Shown here: piece after piece, positions 18,806-28,811 of the stretch
Layout of the letters: every line of letters starts with the position of its first letter
Position numbering within the stretch: position 1 is the first letter of the stretch
Source of the DNA: Sulfurovum sp.
GTDB lineage: Bacteria > Campylobacterota > Campylobacteria > Campylobacterales > Sulfurovaceae
Assembly (NCBI GenBank): GCA_027049035.1
Contig: JALTVI010000093.1
Coordinates: 52,197-116,196, forward strand
Length of the DNA: 64,000 nucleotides
Reading direction: 5' to 3'
Made by a program: the position numbers and the translations under genes
Notes under the pieces: generated by a model
What the model saw: the letters and a program-made list of their open reading frames with translations, nothing else
What the model was told of the DNA's origin: nothing
The model's database searches: none

Positions 18806-20328
18806 TCCATTCCCAGCTCTCTACAGCGTGGAAGCCTCTCTTCATCTTCGATGATGATCGCGAACGGTATCGGCTTTTCGAGTGTCTTTATCTTCTCTTT
18901 TGCCAGATAGAGTGTCTGGTCAGAGTGGATGTAGAGCGTCTGGTTGCTGTAGCTGAAGGTGATCTTCGCATCGTTTGATGCTTCGTGAAGGAAGATGCTG
19001 AGCGTGTAGATGAAACTGAGCCACAGCAGGTTTTCTTTTGGAGGCAGCATCTCTGCGAAGGTGCCAAAGAGCGGTTTGTGCAGCAGCTCCTTACCGTGCA
19101 TGCGCAGCAGCAGGGAGACCAGCAGTATCTCTTCGTGCGTGAAGCCGTAGTTGAGCTCCTGCATCGCGATGTAGAAAGCGTGCTGGTGTGATTTGTAGAT
19201 GGTCAGTGTCTTGCCGATGTTGGAGAGCATCAGTGCCCACTGAAGCTCTTTTTTGTAGCGTTTGTCGTCATTTATCTCACACTGCATCAGGTCATAGAGA
19301 GCCGTAGCAATCCGGCGTTTGTGTTTCTTTTTTGACTCAATGTTTACGTAGGTTTTAAATCGGTCAAGCAGCGAACGGATGCTTGGATTGACATCTTTGG
19401 GGAAGGTGAGATTGTCGTTTTTGAGCAGCTTTTCCAAAAAGACCCCTTCACGTACACCGACCGCACTGGTCATCACTTTTTCGGCGCCGATATGCTCAAG
19501 AATGGCAAGCCAGATAAGCGTTCCTTCCCGTATGGTATCGTATCGGCTCTTTTTGAGGTTGAAGCGTTTGAGCCCTTTGGCGCTGGAACGGGTGATTGCT
19601 TCTAGGTATTCCCGGTGTGTCTCGATATCGTACGTGAACGCATGAAGTTTATCCAAAGGATACTCCATACGCTTCATGACACCTTTGCTCAGTGTTCGGG
19701 CCGTACCGCCGATACCGATGGCAAGGGTGGATTTGAAGTGTTCCGGAAGCTGTGAAAGTGCACTTTGAATATAGGCTTTGGCCTCACTTCTGGCCTCTTT
19801 ACGGGAGCACTGTTTGTCAAAAAAGAGTTCTTTGAGACGGACAGTTCCGAGATTGAGTGAATAGGTGTCGATGATTTTCCCGTTGGAGATGAGTGCCATA
19901 TCGGCTGAACCACCGCCGATATCGATGGTGATCGCTTCCTTTGCAGGCAGGAGATTTTTTACTGCAATGGCACCGTAAGCCGCTTCGGCGTTGCCGTCGA
20001 TGATGCGGATGGCCAGACCAAGCTCCTTGTGTATCCAGCGGACGAAAGCGTCACCGTTTGGTGCATCTCTTAGCGCCGACGTTGCAACACAGCGTACCGT
20101 ACGTGCCTGATATTTTTCAATGGTATGAAGAAAAGATTGAAGGGTCAAAAAGGCGCGCCGCACACCTACGGGCTGGAGATAGCCGCCCTTTTCGTAGGCT
20201 CCCTCTCCGATACGGACTTTGGATTTCTGTTCACAGATAAGATGGAAGCCGTAGCGGCTTGTTTTTTCATAGATGACGAGTCTGGCAGAGTTCGAACCGA
20301 TATCGATAATGGCGGTTCGTTTTGCCAT
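18802..20328 (-). CDS. Ppx/GppA-family phosphatase (exopolyphosphatase / pppGpp phosphohydrolase) with a C-terminal HD-like domain
   Basis: Carries the N-terminal motif AIIDIGSNSARLVIYE. The length fits a Ppx/GppA domain plus an HD domain. Confidence 0.85.
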   Translation of the reverse strand: MAKRTAIIDIGSNSARLVIYEKTSRYGFHLICEQKSKVRIGEGAYEKGGYLQPVGVRRAFLTLQSFLHTIEKYQARTVRCVATSALRDAPNGDAFVRWIHKELGLAIRIIDGNAEAAYGAIAVKNLLPAKEAITIDIGGGSADMALISNGKIIDTYSLNLGTVRLKELFFDKQCSRKEARSEAKAYIQSALSQLPEHFKSTLAIGIGGTARTLSKGVMKRMEYPLDKLHAFTYDIETHREYLEAITRSSAKGLKRFNLKKSRYDTIREGTLIWLAILEHIGAEKVMTSAVGVREGVFLEKLLKNDNLTFPKDVNPSIRSLLDRFKTYVNIESKKKHKRRIATALYDLMQCEINDDKRYKKELQWALMLSNIGKTLTIYKSHQHAFYIAMQELNYGFTHEEILLVSLLLRMHGKELLHKPLFGTFAEMLPPKENLLWLSFIYTLSIFLHEASNDAKITFSYSNQTLYIHSDQTLYLAKEKIKTLEKPIPFAIIIEDEERLPRCRELGMD

Positions 20329-20335
20329 AAGACGG

Positions 20336-20587
20336 CTACTCCTCTTCCTGGAGCTTCTCGAACTTGAATTTCAGCTCTTCAATGTTCTCGACATTGTCGG
20401 GGTCGGAGATGATGCAGTCGACCGGACAGACGGCGATACACTGGGGTTCGTCGAAATGGCCGACACACTCTGTACAGCGGTCCGGATCGATAATGTAGAT
20501 TGGATCGTTCTCTTCAATCGCTTCGTTGGGACACTCTTCTCTGCATGCATCGCAGGCGATACATTCATCTGTAATCAATAATGCCAA
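20336..20587 (-). CDS. YfhL-type 2x[4Fe-4S] ferredoxin
   Basis: 83 aa with two cysteine clusters: CIACDACREECP and CTECVGHFDEPQCIAVCP. Confidence 0.85.
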   Translation of the reverse strand: MALLITDECIACDACREECPNEAIEENDPIYIIDPDRCTECVGHFDEPQCIAVCPVDCIISDPDNVENIEELKFKFEKLQEEE

Positions 20588-20737
20588 TTTCTTTTCCTTT
20601 TGGTCGTCAGATTTGGTTTATAGGGAGTTATAACCAAGCAAAGCTTATGCTTTATTTAATAAAGCCTGAAAATAAAATTTTTGCTGCCTTGAGTGGGCAA
20701 AGATGCCCATTTGGTGTTGCATGAGAGAGGCGTATGG

Positions 20738-21421
20738 TCAACTGATCTTTTTAGGGAAGCAGAAACGGTATCCGCGGCGTCTGACAGTTTCAATGGTAGT
20801 GATGTCAAGCGGCTTGTCCATCTTTTGTCTGATCTGGTTGATAGCCACTTCGATGACATTCGGTGTGACCAGCTCAGGTTCTTCCCAGATGGCATCAAGC
20901 AGCTGCTCTTTGGAGACGATCTGGTCTTTGTGCATTGCAAGGTGTGTAAGGACTTCAAAGGGTTTCCCTTTCAGCTCTATCTCATTGCCCTGATAGATGA
21001 TCTTCTCCTCTTCCGGGTTGATGATCAGCTCCTGGATCTCGATGATGTTGGAGGCCCCAAAGCGAAGTTTCGCTTCAATACGCACCAGGAGTATATCCTC
21101 ATCAAGCGGTTTGCGAATGAAGTCGTCAGCACCCGCTTTGAGGGCTGCAATTTCACTCTCTTTGTCCAGTCGGTCGGAGATGACGATGACAGAGGTTTTG
21201 TGGGCATCTCTTTTGATATCGCTAATGAAGCTGAGTTGGCTTTCCGGGCTTCCCTTCGGCCAGTCGAGCAGTACGAGATCGTAGTTTCTGATATCGAGAT
21301 AGTACTTTGCATCACTCACATTTTCCGTGATATCACACTGATAATTGTTTTCGCCCAAAAGCTTGCCAAGCATTTCGTTTACCTGCACATCGTCTTCCAT
21401 GATCAATACTCTCATTGGCAT
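20738..21421 (-). CDS. OmpR-family response regulator (receiver domain plus winged-helix domain)
   Basis: Receiver motifs MRVLIMEDD and LVLLDW, with a C-terminal winged-helix domain (ETVRRRGYRF). No adjacent histidine kinase is present. Confidence 0.85.
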   Translation of the reverse strand: MPMRVLIMEDDVQVNEMLGKLLGENNYQCDITENVSDAKYYLDIRNYDLVLLDWPKGSPESQLSFISDIKRDAHKTSVIVISDRLDKESEIAALKAGADDFIRKPLDEDILLVRIEAKLRFGASNIIEIQELIINPEEEKIIYQGNEIELKGKPFEVLTHLAMHKDQIVSKEQLLDAIWEEPELVTPNVIEVAINQIRQKMDKPLDITTIETVRRRGYRFCFPKKIS

Positions 21422-21515
21422 GCCCCTTTTTTAAGTTATATTTAAATTATAGCATAAAAATAGAGGGTTTCTGAAAAAAATATTAAAATGCAGTATGAAA
21501 AGTGTGAAAAAGGTT

Positions 21516-21842
21516 TCAGTAGTGCCATTTTTGGCTGAGTGCCACCTGACACTTTTTGAGGATATCCGGTTTTTGGATTTTCAGATAGAGGGCGGTAATG
21601 TGGGGATAGCTTGAGAGTATCAGGGTTTCCAGGTCGAGCAGTGCCTCTTCCAGCAGCTCGTAACGTCTCTGCTGAACCCGTGCAGTAATCGTCTCTGCCA
21701 GGTCGGCATAGTCGATAAAAGCATCGTTTTCATAGTCGTATGTCGCTTCAAGATCGACGATGACACGCTGCGTGTGTTCACGTTCGAAGTCGAGCAGTCC
21801 GATGATTGCGTCGAATGTCAGTTGCTCGATATGAATGGTCAT
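21516..21842 (-). CDS. folB: Dihydroneopterin aldolase-like protein (FolB family)
   Basis: 108 aa. The N-terminus (IHIEQLTFDAIIGLLDFEREHTQRVIVDLE) matches the FolB-fold pattern. It sits directly downstream of plsY, as in many Campylobacterota. Confidence 0.65.
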   Translation of the reverse strand: MTIHIEQLTFDAIIGLLDFEREHTQRVIVDLEATYDYENDAFIDYADLAETITARVQQRRYELLEEALLDLETLILSSYPHITALYLKIQKPDILKKCQVALSQKWHY

Positions 21843-21843
21843 C

Positions 21844-22470
21844 TCAGATCACCTTTGTCTCTTCTCTTTTGATGAGGCGTACGATGTTGGGAATGTGTTT
21901 GTAGAAGATAACGATGGCAATGATCCAGATAGGTGCGTGTGACCCTATGCCGGGAACTTCAGGGTAGAGGATATAGGAAGCAATCAGCAGCGCTGCAAGA
22001 CCGATGAGTGAAGAGAGTGAAGAGATCTTCAGCCCCTTGCTTGCGCCAAGCCAGACAACAATGGCGATGAGTGAGGGAATGGGCATCAGTACCAGCAGCA
22101 CGCCAAAACCGGTAGCGACCCCTTTGCCTCCTTCAAAGTTTAGAAATACGGAGAAGCAGTGTCCCAGGACGGCAAGTACGGCAATGGTCCAGAGTGTACT
22201 CTCAGGAGCACCGAGTGCCATGGCGACAAAAATGACTACCATTCCCTTGACGGCATCAAGAAAGAGTGTTGCCGCACCGAGCTTCTTTGCCAGTGCAGGA
22301 TCTTTCTCTTTGACGACACGCAGGACGTTGGTGGCACCGATATTACCGCTGCCGGCCTGTTTGATGTCCACACCGGCAAACTGTTTGGCAAGCAGGTAGC
22401 CGAAAGGAATGCCTGAAATGAGGTAGGCGGCAAGATAGAGCAGAATATTCTGGTTGGTAAAAAAGTCCAT
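21844..22470 (-). CDS. plsY: Glycerol-3-phosphate acyltransferase PlsY
   Basis: Multi-TM protein with the GSGNIGATN motif. The start is placed at the ATG at 22470 (MDFFTNQNILLY), because the longer track ORF adds a non-homologous extension. Confidence 0.9.
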   Translation of the reverse strand: MDFFTNQNILLYLAAYLISGIPFGYLLAKQFAGVDIKQAGSGNIGATNVLRVVKEKDPALAKKLGAATLFLDAVKGMVVIFVAMALGAPESTLWTIAVLAVLGHCFSVFLNFEGGKGVATGFGVLLVLMPIPSLIAIVVWLGASKGLKISSLSSLIGLAALLIASYILYPEVPGIGSHAPIWIIAIVIFYKHIPNIVRLIKREETKVI

Positions 22471-22568
22471 AATCGTTCCAGATTTTAAGATGGGCACCCA
22501 AAGCGAGCGCGAAGTATGCAATTTTATCCGAATTTTGCTAAAATAGCCAGATTCTACAAGGATGGCAT

Positions 22569-23564
22569 ATGAGTATCGACTACAAAGCAGAGATTGAAAG
22601 ACTGAAAAAAGAACTGGATGTGACGCTGGTCGCACACTACTATCAACGTGATGAAGTCTTCGAGATGGCCGATATCACCGGAGACAGCCTCGAACTGGCA
22701 CGCCGTTGCAAGGCAGACGACAACCCGTGGGTGGTTTTCTGCGGTGTGGGGTTCATGGGGCAGAGTGTGAAGGTGATCGCCCCGGAGAAACGTGTGTTGA
22801 TGCCGAAGATCGCCTGTTGTGCAATGGCGAGGATGATCGACGGCAGCTACTTTGATGACAGTGTGAACTATATGGTCGAACACGGCATTGCAAAAGAGGA
22901 TATTCTGCCTATTACCTACATCAACTCCGACGCGACGGTCAAAGCGAAGGTTGGGGAGATGGGTGGTTATGTCTGTACCTCTTCCAATGCTTTCAAGATC
23001 ATAGAGAAGGGTCTGGAGACTGGCAAGAAGATCCTTTTTGTACCAGACCGCTGCCTGGGGCAGAACTTCGCTATCAAGATGGGGCTGAAGTCCTGCGTCA
23101 TTGGAGAGGGAGAGTGTAACCCCAAAGAGGCTGATGTCATCTGCTTCAATGGTTTCTGTTCGGTACATCAGCTCTTTACTGTCGACGATATCGAGTTCTA
23201 TCGCAACAAGTACCCGGGCATCAAGATCGCTGTCCACCCTGAGTGTGACCCGAAAGTGGTACAGGCAGCCGACTTCGCCGGTTCGACGTCACAGCTTATC
23301 AAGTATGTGAATGAACTGGACCCGGAGCAGAAAGTCGCTATCGGCACAGAGTACAACCTGGTCAACAGAATGCGCCAGAAGAATACGTATGTGCTCTCCT
23401 CGACCAAGCCGGAGTGTCCGACAATGAACGAAACGACGCTGGAGGATCTCTACAAAACGCTCAAGTCCATCGAGGAGGGTAACCCGATCAACGAGATACA
23501 AGTGGATGAACATACGGTCAAATACGCTAACCTTGCACTTGAGCGAATGTTGGCTATTAAGTAG
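22569..23564 (+). CDS. nadA: Quinolinate synthase NadA
   Basis: 331 aa with a NadA-like sequence throughout (VAHYYQRDEV, CSVHQLF, AVHPEC). Confidence 0.9.
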   Translation: MSIDYKAEIERLKKELDVTLVAHYYQRDEVFEMADITGDSLELARRCKADDNPWVVFCGVGFMGQSVKVIAPEKRVLMPKIACCAMARMIDGSYFDDSVNYMVEHGIAKEDILPITYINSDATVKAKVGEMGGYVCTSSNAFKIIEKGLETGKKILFVPDRCLGQNFAIKMGLKSCVIGEGECNPKEADVICFNGFCSVHQLFTVDDIEFYRNKYPGIKIAVHPECDPKVVQAADFAGSTSQLIKYVNELDPEQKVAIGTEYNLVNRMRQKNTYVLSSTKPECPTMNETTLEDLYKTLKSIEEGNPINEIQVDEHTVKYANLALERMLAIK

Positions 23565-23601
23565 TAAAGCAGGTATAATAGAGCACAAAGGAGTTTGGAG
23601 T

Positions 23602-24018
23602 ATGCTAAAAATAGCGGACAAACAATTGATTGTTGCAACGTTGCAAGAAGCGATACCCAAACTCCAGGCACTCTATCTGTTTGGAAGCCAGAGTGATGGT
23701 AGCGCGACACAGAAGAGCGATGTGGATATCGCCTATTTGAATCAGGTACCTCTTAGTGCATTGGAGCGATGGGAGATATCCAAAAAACTGGCTTCACTCC
23801 TTTCGTTGGATGTGGATCTGGTTGATATTGCTTCCGCCAATACGGTTTTTAAGTACCGGATTCTTTCTACTGGAGAACGCATTTATGGTGCGGGGTACGA
23901 GGTAGAGCAGTTTGAAACGCTGGCATACAGTTTTTATCTTCGCTTCAAAGAGGAGCGTCAGCCCATTGTGGATGAGATTGTGAAAAACAGGTCTGTTTTT
24001 GGAAATGTACATGCCTGA
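23602..24018 (+). CDS. mntA: MntA-type nucleotidyltransferase (antitoxin of a HepT/MntA module)
   Basis: Motif GSQSDGSATQKSDVDIAYL, matching GSX10DXD. The ATG at 23602 is preceded by AAGGAG. It overlaps the downstream DUF86 gene. Confidence 0.8.
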   Translation: MLKIADKQLIVATLQEAIPKLQALYLFGSQSDGSATQKSDVDIAYLNQVPLSALERWEISKKLASLLSLDVDLVDIASANTVFKYRILSTGERIYGAGYEVEQFETLAYSFYLRFKEERQPIVDEIVKNRSVFGNVHA

Positions 24019-24427
24019 TGTTGTACTGAATAAGATCCAGACCATTGAACGATGCTTGAAACGCATACGTGAAGAGTATGTAGGATATGAAGCGCATTTT
24101 GAAACAGACTATACGAAACAGGACTCTGTCATACTGAATCTGGAACGTGCTTCGCAGGCGAGTATCGATATTGCGACACATATTGTAAAAACGAGAAACC
24201 TTGGTCTTCCAAACTCCAGCCGCGAACTCTTCGATATGCTTTTGGATGCAGGTATCATCAGTGAAAAGAGCTGCAGACAGATGCAGGGTATGGTGGGATT
24301 TAGAAATATCGCTGTACACGATTATCAGAATTTGAATATCGAAATAGTCGTGGCTATTGTCGAAAAGCATCTTGGGGATTTTGAAACGTTTGAACAAGAG
24401 ATTTTTGAAGGCTATTTGAATGTTTGA
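24011..24427 (+). CDS. hepT: HepT-type (DUF86) RNase toxin
   Basis: RX4HXY motif present as RNIAVHDY. About 138 aa. The start is either 23999 or 24011. Confidence 0.8.
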   Translation: MPDVVLNKIQTIERCLKRIREEYVGYEAHFETDYTKQDSVILNLERASQASIDIATHIVKTRNLGLPNSSRELFDMLLDAGIISEKSCRQMQGMVGFRNIAVHDYQNLNIEIVVAIVEKHLGDFETFEQEIFEGYLNV

Positions 24428-24442
24428 GGAAAAAGGAAATAG

Positions 24443-25261
24443 ATGCTAAAAGAAAAATTTATCGAAGCGCTGGTGGCTGAAGATGTAGGCAGGGGAGACC
24501 TTTTTGCGCGTGTGAGTGAGAGTCTCGATATCCGCGCCTATGTCATCGCCAAGAGTGACGGCGTGTTTGGGGGACGTGAATATATCGATGTACTTGCAAA
24601 AATGTATGGCCTTTCGCTGCTGTGGGAAGTCAAGGATGGCAGTGCATTTGAAAAGGGCCAAAAGCTTTTCTTTGTTTCCGGTGATTCCAAAACGCTGCTT
24701 TCACTGGAACGCTCCATACTCGATATGGCACTGCATGCCAGCTCCATTGCGACACTGACGGCTCAATATGTCAAGGCGCTTGAAGGTACAGGGGTGAAGC
24801 TGCTTGATACACGTAAGACTCGTCCTCTGCTCCGTGAATTTGAAAAGTATGCAGTACGCTGCGGCGGCGGGCTCAATCACCGTATGGGGCTCGATGACTG
24901 TCTGATGCTCAAAGATACGCACCTGAAGACCATCAATGATCTTGATACTTTTATGGCAGAAGTGCGCCGAAAGATTCCCTTTACGGCAAAAGTGGAGATA
25001 GAGTGTGAAAGTTTCGAGATGGCACAGCGTGCGATGAAGGCTGGGGCGGACATTGTGATGTGTGACAATATGGATCTTGAGACGACACGCCGGGTAGTTA
25101 GCTGGCGCAACGAATATTTCCCGCACATTCTGCTTGAGGCAAGCGGTAATGTCACCCTTGAGACGATTGTCGAGATCGCTAAAACAGGTGTCGATGCGAT
25201 CTCATCCGGGGCCATTATTCACCAGGCAAACTGGATCGATCTCTCGATGCGTGTGGAGTAG
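24443..25261 (+). CDS. nadC: Nicotinate-nucleotide pyrophosphorylase (carboxylating) NadC
   Basis: 272 aa with a QPRTase-like sequence (LLDTRKTRPLLR, MLKDTH, VEIECE). Confidence 0.9.
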   Translation: MLKEKFIEALVAEDVGRGDLFARVSESLDIRAYVIAKSDGVFGGREYIDVLAKMYGLSLLWEVKDGSAFEKGQKLFFVSGDSKTLLSLERSILDMALHASSIATLTAQYVKALEGTGVKLLDTRKTRPLLREFEKYAVRCGGGLNHRMGLDDCLMLKDTHLKTINDLDTFMAEVRRKIPFTAKVEIECESFEMAQRAMKAGADIVMCDNMDLETTRRVVSWRNEYFPHILLEASGNVTLETIVEIAKTGVDAISSGAIIHQANWIDLSMRVE

Positions 25262-25264
25262 ATC

Positions 25265-26242
25265 ATGCATGACGATCGGATGCTGCAGGAGCTGGCCAAG
25301 GAAGCAGCCGGGCTGATCGATGCGGCACCCTCAGTCACTATCGTTACACACCTTAATCCCGATGCCGATACGCTGGGAACGGGACTGGGCATCTATGCAC
25401 TCATCAAAACCCATACAAAAAAGCCGGTGGAGATCGTCAATGCTTCGGATGATTTGCCGCGCTATCTCGATTTTCTGCCAAATTTTTCCAAAATAAAGAA
25501 GAGGATCGAGTATGAAAAGAGTCTGGTTATCGGAGTGGACTGTGGCAGTATCGAGCGTTTTGGCGTCGCCCTTGAGGGGCATCCGATCATCAACATCGAC
25601 CACCATCACAGCAATACACACTTCGGTACCCTCAATGCCGTACTGTCAGCCTATGCCTCCGCATCCCAGGTGGCGTTCAGGCTCTTTGAGAAGCTCTATA
25701 CGATTACAGTGCAGAGTGCGGTCTGCTTCTATACTGCACTGTTGTCGGATACGCGCTACTTTACGACCAGTTCGGTCAATGCCGAAGTCTTTGAAACGGC
25801 AAGCGAACTGGTGGCACTAGGTGCGGATCCTGCTCAGATTGCCACCAACTTTACTCAGCGTCGGCCGCTTGCTTCGCTTCGTATTCTGGAGCGTGCGCTC
25901 CATTCGCTCTCCCTCTATCTTGAAGGCAAGGTAGCGGTAATGGAGATTACACCGGCGGATATCGAGGCAACGGGTGCTGCGATGCCGGATATGGATGGTA
26001 TCGTCGATTATGGGAAATCTCTGGCGACTGTGGAGGTGGCGGTGCTTCTGATCGGGCTGAAGGATGGTACGGTACGTGTCTCGCTTCGCAGCAAAGGAGC
26101 GGATGTCTCAAAGGTCGCGGCACACTTTGGTGGCGGTGGACACAAGGTCGCTTCGGGCTTTACCCTTAAGGGCAGAGAAATGCAAGAAATTATCGATACA
26201 ATTTTGGAACAGATTATGCAATTAGGATTAATTGATGGCTAG
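25265..26242 (+). CDS. DHH/DHHA1 phosphoesterase (NrnA-like)
   Basis: Carries the DHH motif (NIDHHHSN), DADTLG, and the GGGH motif of DHHA1. Confidence 0.8.
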   Translation: MHDDRMLQELAKEAAGLIDAAPSVTIVTHLNPDADTLGTGLGIYALIKTHTKKPVEIVNASDDLPRYLDFLPNFSKIKKRIEYEKSLVIGVDCGSIERFGVALEGHPIINIDHHHSNTHFGTLNAVLSAYASASQVAFRLFEKLYTITVQSAVCFYTALLSDTRYFTTSSVNAEVFETASELVALGADPAQIATNFTQRRPLASLRILERALHSLSLYLEGKVAVMEITPADIEATGAAMPDMDGIVDYGKSLATVEVAVLLIGLKDGTVRVSLRSKGADVSKVAAHFGGGGHKVASGFTLKGREMQEIIDTILEQIMQLGLIDG

Positions 26243-27647
26243 AAGAACAAAACGAAAAAGCAAAGCAGGACTGATATTTTTTCTGCTGCTGCTCATCGGT
26301 GCCGGTGTCGGTGCGGCATATCTATATAACTCTCCGGAGTTCGAACGTGTCAAACCCTCAATAGAAGCACCGAAGCATCTCTACTGGAACAAAAGAACAC
26401 CTATTGAAATCACCCTGCGTGACAATACGGGACTGCGCAGCTACGAAGTGATACTCAGCGACGGAAAACATTCGGTGATTTTGGCACAGGGCCCTATTGA
26501 AGGTACACCGAAAAGCCATACCATCAAGATAAAATATCCCAAAAAGAGCACACTCGACCCAAAGGCAAAACACTATACGCTCCGCGTAAAGGCGACAGAT
26601 AAGAGTCTTTGGAATATGATGGAAGGCAACAGTGCCGCGAAAACCATTGATATTACAGTTGATTCTACACGTCCGAATGTCAATATTATTGCCAATTCAC
26701 GCATGATTAACCAGGGCGGCAGCGCATTGGTGGTTTTTCAGGCATCCGATGAGAATCTGGATAAGCTCTTTATCAAGGCAAACAAAAACAGTTTCAAGGC
26801 GCAGCCTTATAAAAAAGAGGGCTACTACGCGGCACTGATTGCCTGGCCATTTACGGACGAGAGTTTCGATGCAAAAGTCGTTGCAACGGACAAGGCGGGC
26901 AACCGGCGTGAAACGCATATCCCGCTCTACCACCGTAATCCACGTTACAAGGTATCGAAAATCCGAGCAACGGACAAATTCATCGACGGCAAGATCACCG
27001 ATTTGGCTTCCAGTGATCCGGAGTATGACAACATCAAGGACAGACTCAAAAAACTTAAAGCAATCAATGAAACGATGCGTCTGAAAAACGAAGCGCTGAT
27101 TCACAAACTGAGCAGACATGTTTCTGACGAGATGATTGACAGCTGGAAGGTCAAAAAGTTCTACCCGCTCAAAAACGGCAAGAAAGTGGCAAGTTTCGGA
27201 GATCACCGTTACTACTATTACGGCAGCAAAGATAACGTTGTTTCCGAATCCTACCACGTAGGGTATGATCTCGCCAGTACGAAGATGGCGAATGTTATTG
27301 CCTCCAATGCCGGTAAGGTCGTCTTTGCCGGAGAGAACGGTATTTACGGAAATATGCCGCTGATCGATCACGGCCTTGGTCTATATACGCTTTACGGCCA
27401 CTGCTCACAGCTTTTGGTTCAGGAGGGTGAGGCGGTACATGCAGGTCAGGTGATTGCGAAGACAGGGATGACCGGACTGGCGCTTGGGGATCATCTGCAC
27501 TTTGGCATTCTGGTACAGGGGATCGAAGTGCGTCCCATCGAGTGGTTCGATCAGAAATGGATCAAGAAGTTCATTGACAATGTATTTGAGGAAGCGGATG
27601 CGATCATCGAACCGGGTTTCCCAAAGTTTCCAAAAAAGAAGCATTAG
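26232..27647 (+). CDS. M23-family metallopeptidase
   Basis: N-terminal TM/signal segment. The C-terminal LytM motifs are HVGYDLAS and GDHLHFG. Confidence 0.85.
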   Translation: MMARRTKRKSKAGLIFFLLLLIGAGVGAAYLYNSPEFERVKPSIEAPKHLYWNKRTPIEITLRDNTGLRSYEVILSDGKHSVILAQGPIEGTPKSHTIKIKYPKKSTLDPKAKHYTLRVKATDKSLWNMMEGNSAAKTIDITVDSTRPNVNIIANSRMINQGGSALVVFQASDENLDKLFIKANKNSFKAQPYKKEGYYAALIAWPFTDESFDAKVVATDKAGNRRETHIPLYHRNPRYKVSKIRATDKFIDGKITDLASSDPEYDNIKDRLKKLKAINETMRLKNEALIHKLSRHVSDEMIDSWKVKKFYPLKNGKKVASFGDHRYYYYGSKDNVVSESYHVGYDLASTKMANVIASNAGKVVFAGENGIYGNMPLIDHGLGLYTLYGHCSQLLVQEGEAVHAGQVIAKTGMTGLALGDHLHFGILVQGIEVRPIEWFDQKWIKKFIDNVFEEADAIIEPGFPKFPKKKH

Positions 27648-27679
27648 ATCATTTTAAAAGAGAAGATACGTGGCGGTAA

Positions 27680-27845
27680 AGGTTTCATTCGATGGCGACA
27701 AAGGTGCACTCAGTCCGAAGGGTGGCGGCGCCTCCATGGCTACGCTTCACTCTGACCATTTCGGTTCCGAAGCTACAAAAGCAAAGCAGTTTGCTTTTGT
27801 TTACGCTTCTCACATTCGCACCTGCCGGAGATGTCGAATGAAACC
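27680..27845 (-). repeat. Structured TIR element, long copy (M23 peptidase / lpxC spacer), in inverted orientation
   Basis: The TIR is GGTTTCATTCGAT / (G)TCGAATGAAACC. The reverse complement carries GGCAGGTGCGAATGTGAGAAGCGTAAACAAAAGCAAACTGCTTTGCTTTTGTAGCTTCGGAACC and GAGTGCACCTTTGTCG, as in the 41617 copy. Confidence 0.8.
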
Positions 27846-27926
27846 GGAGATTTTCCAAGAATTTGTAATTGGCTATATTTTATAGTATAATGGTGCAATT
27901 TTATCTATTTTCAGAAAGGAGAGCCT

Positions 27927-28811
27927 ATGCGTCAAAGAACGATACAGAAACCGGTTGAAGTGATCGGTATCGGGCTGCATAAAGGTGAGCCTATCAAGCT
28001 TCGCCTCGAGCCGCTCGACGTGGATGCCGGTATCGTCTTCTACCGTGAAGACCTTGCGCTCTCCATCCCTCTCTCTCCCGCTTCAGTCATCGATACGCGT
28101 ATGGCGACGGTGATTGGGAGTGAAAAGGGGTTTATCTCCACTATCGAGCACTTCCTCTCCGCAGTCTATGCCTACGGTATCGACAACCTCAGGGTTGTCG
28201 TCAACGGCAACGAGATGCCGATCATGGATGGTTCGGCCATCTCTTTCTGTCTTCTGCTCGATGAAGCAGGGATTGCCGAGCAGGAGGCTTCCAAGAAGAT
28301 CATACGCATCAAGCGCACGGTTGAGGTCAAAGAGGGTGAAAAGTTCGTCCGCCTCTCTCCGTCAAAACAGGCATCGTTTGATTTTACCATCCGCTTCGAC
28401 CATCCTGTCATCGGAGAGCAGTCGCACGCATTTGTATTCGGGACACACAGCTTTATCGAAGAAATCGCCAGAGCCAGGACGTTCGGTTTTGCAAAAGATA
28501 TCCAGTATCTGCAGAGTCAGAATCTTGCACTGGGTGCAAGCTTGCAAAACGCCATCGGATTGGATGACCACAAGGTGCTCAACCCCGAAGGGTTGCGTTT
28601 TGAGAATGAATTCGCCCGCCACAAGATCCTCGATGCACTTGGGGATATGATGATCTCTGGACGCAACATTCTGGGCCGGTATGAATCGTTTGCCGGAAGC
28701 CATAATCTCAACTATCAGTTGACCTCGAAGCTGCTTTCTGACAGTAAAAACTACGAGCTGGTAGCGGTAAAAACACTTGAAAGCAGGGCATTTGCAAAAA
28801 GTTTCGCCTGA
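27927..28811 (+). CDS. lpxC: UDP-3-O-acyl-N-acetylglucosamine deacetylase LpxC
   Basis: 294 aa with an LpxC-like sequence throughout (RQRTIQKPVEVIGIGLHKG, EHFLSA, ARHKILDALGD). Confidence 0.95.
   Translation: MRQRTIQKPVEVIGIGLHKGEPIKLRLEPLDVDAGIVFYREDLALSIPLSPASVIDTRMATVIGSEKGFISTIEHFLSAVYAYGIDNLRVVVNGNEMPIMDGSAISFCLLLDEAGIAEQEASKKIIRIKRTVEVKEGEKFVRLSPSKQASFDFTIRFDHPVIGEQSHAFVFGTHSFIEEIARARTFGFAKDIQYLQSQNLALGASLQNAIGLDDHKVLNPEGLRFENEFARHKILDALGDMMISGRNILGRYESFAGSHNLNYQLTSKLLSDSKNYELVAVKTLESRAFAKSFA

Noticed and set aside
20693-21445. 250-aa plus-strand ORF
   Set aside because: It lies antisense to the OmpR-type response regulator, whose receiver and winged-helix motifs are clear.
22471-22635. 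N-terminal 55-aa extension of plsY in the track ORF
   Set aside because: The extension overlaps the nadA start region and bears no resemblance to PlsY. The conserved PlsY N-terminus starts at the ATG at 22470.
27670-27885. 71-aa ORF between the M23 peptidase gene and lpxC
   Set aside because: It lies almost entirely within one copy of the structured TIR repeat. The equivalent copies elsewhere have no conserved ORF.
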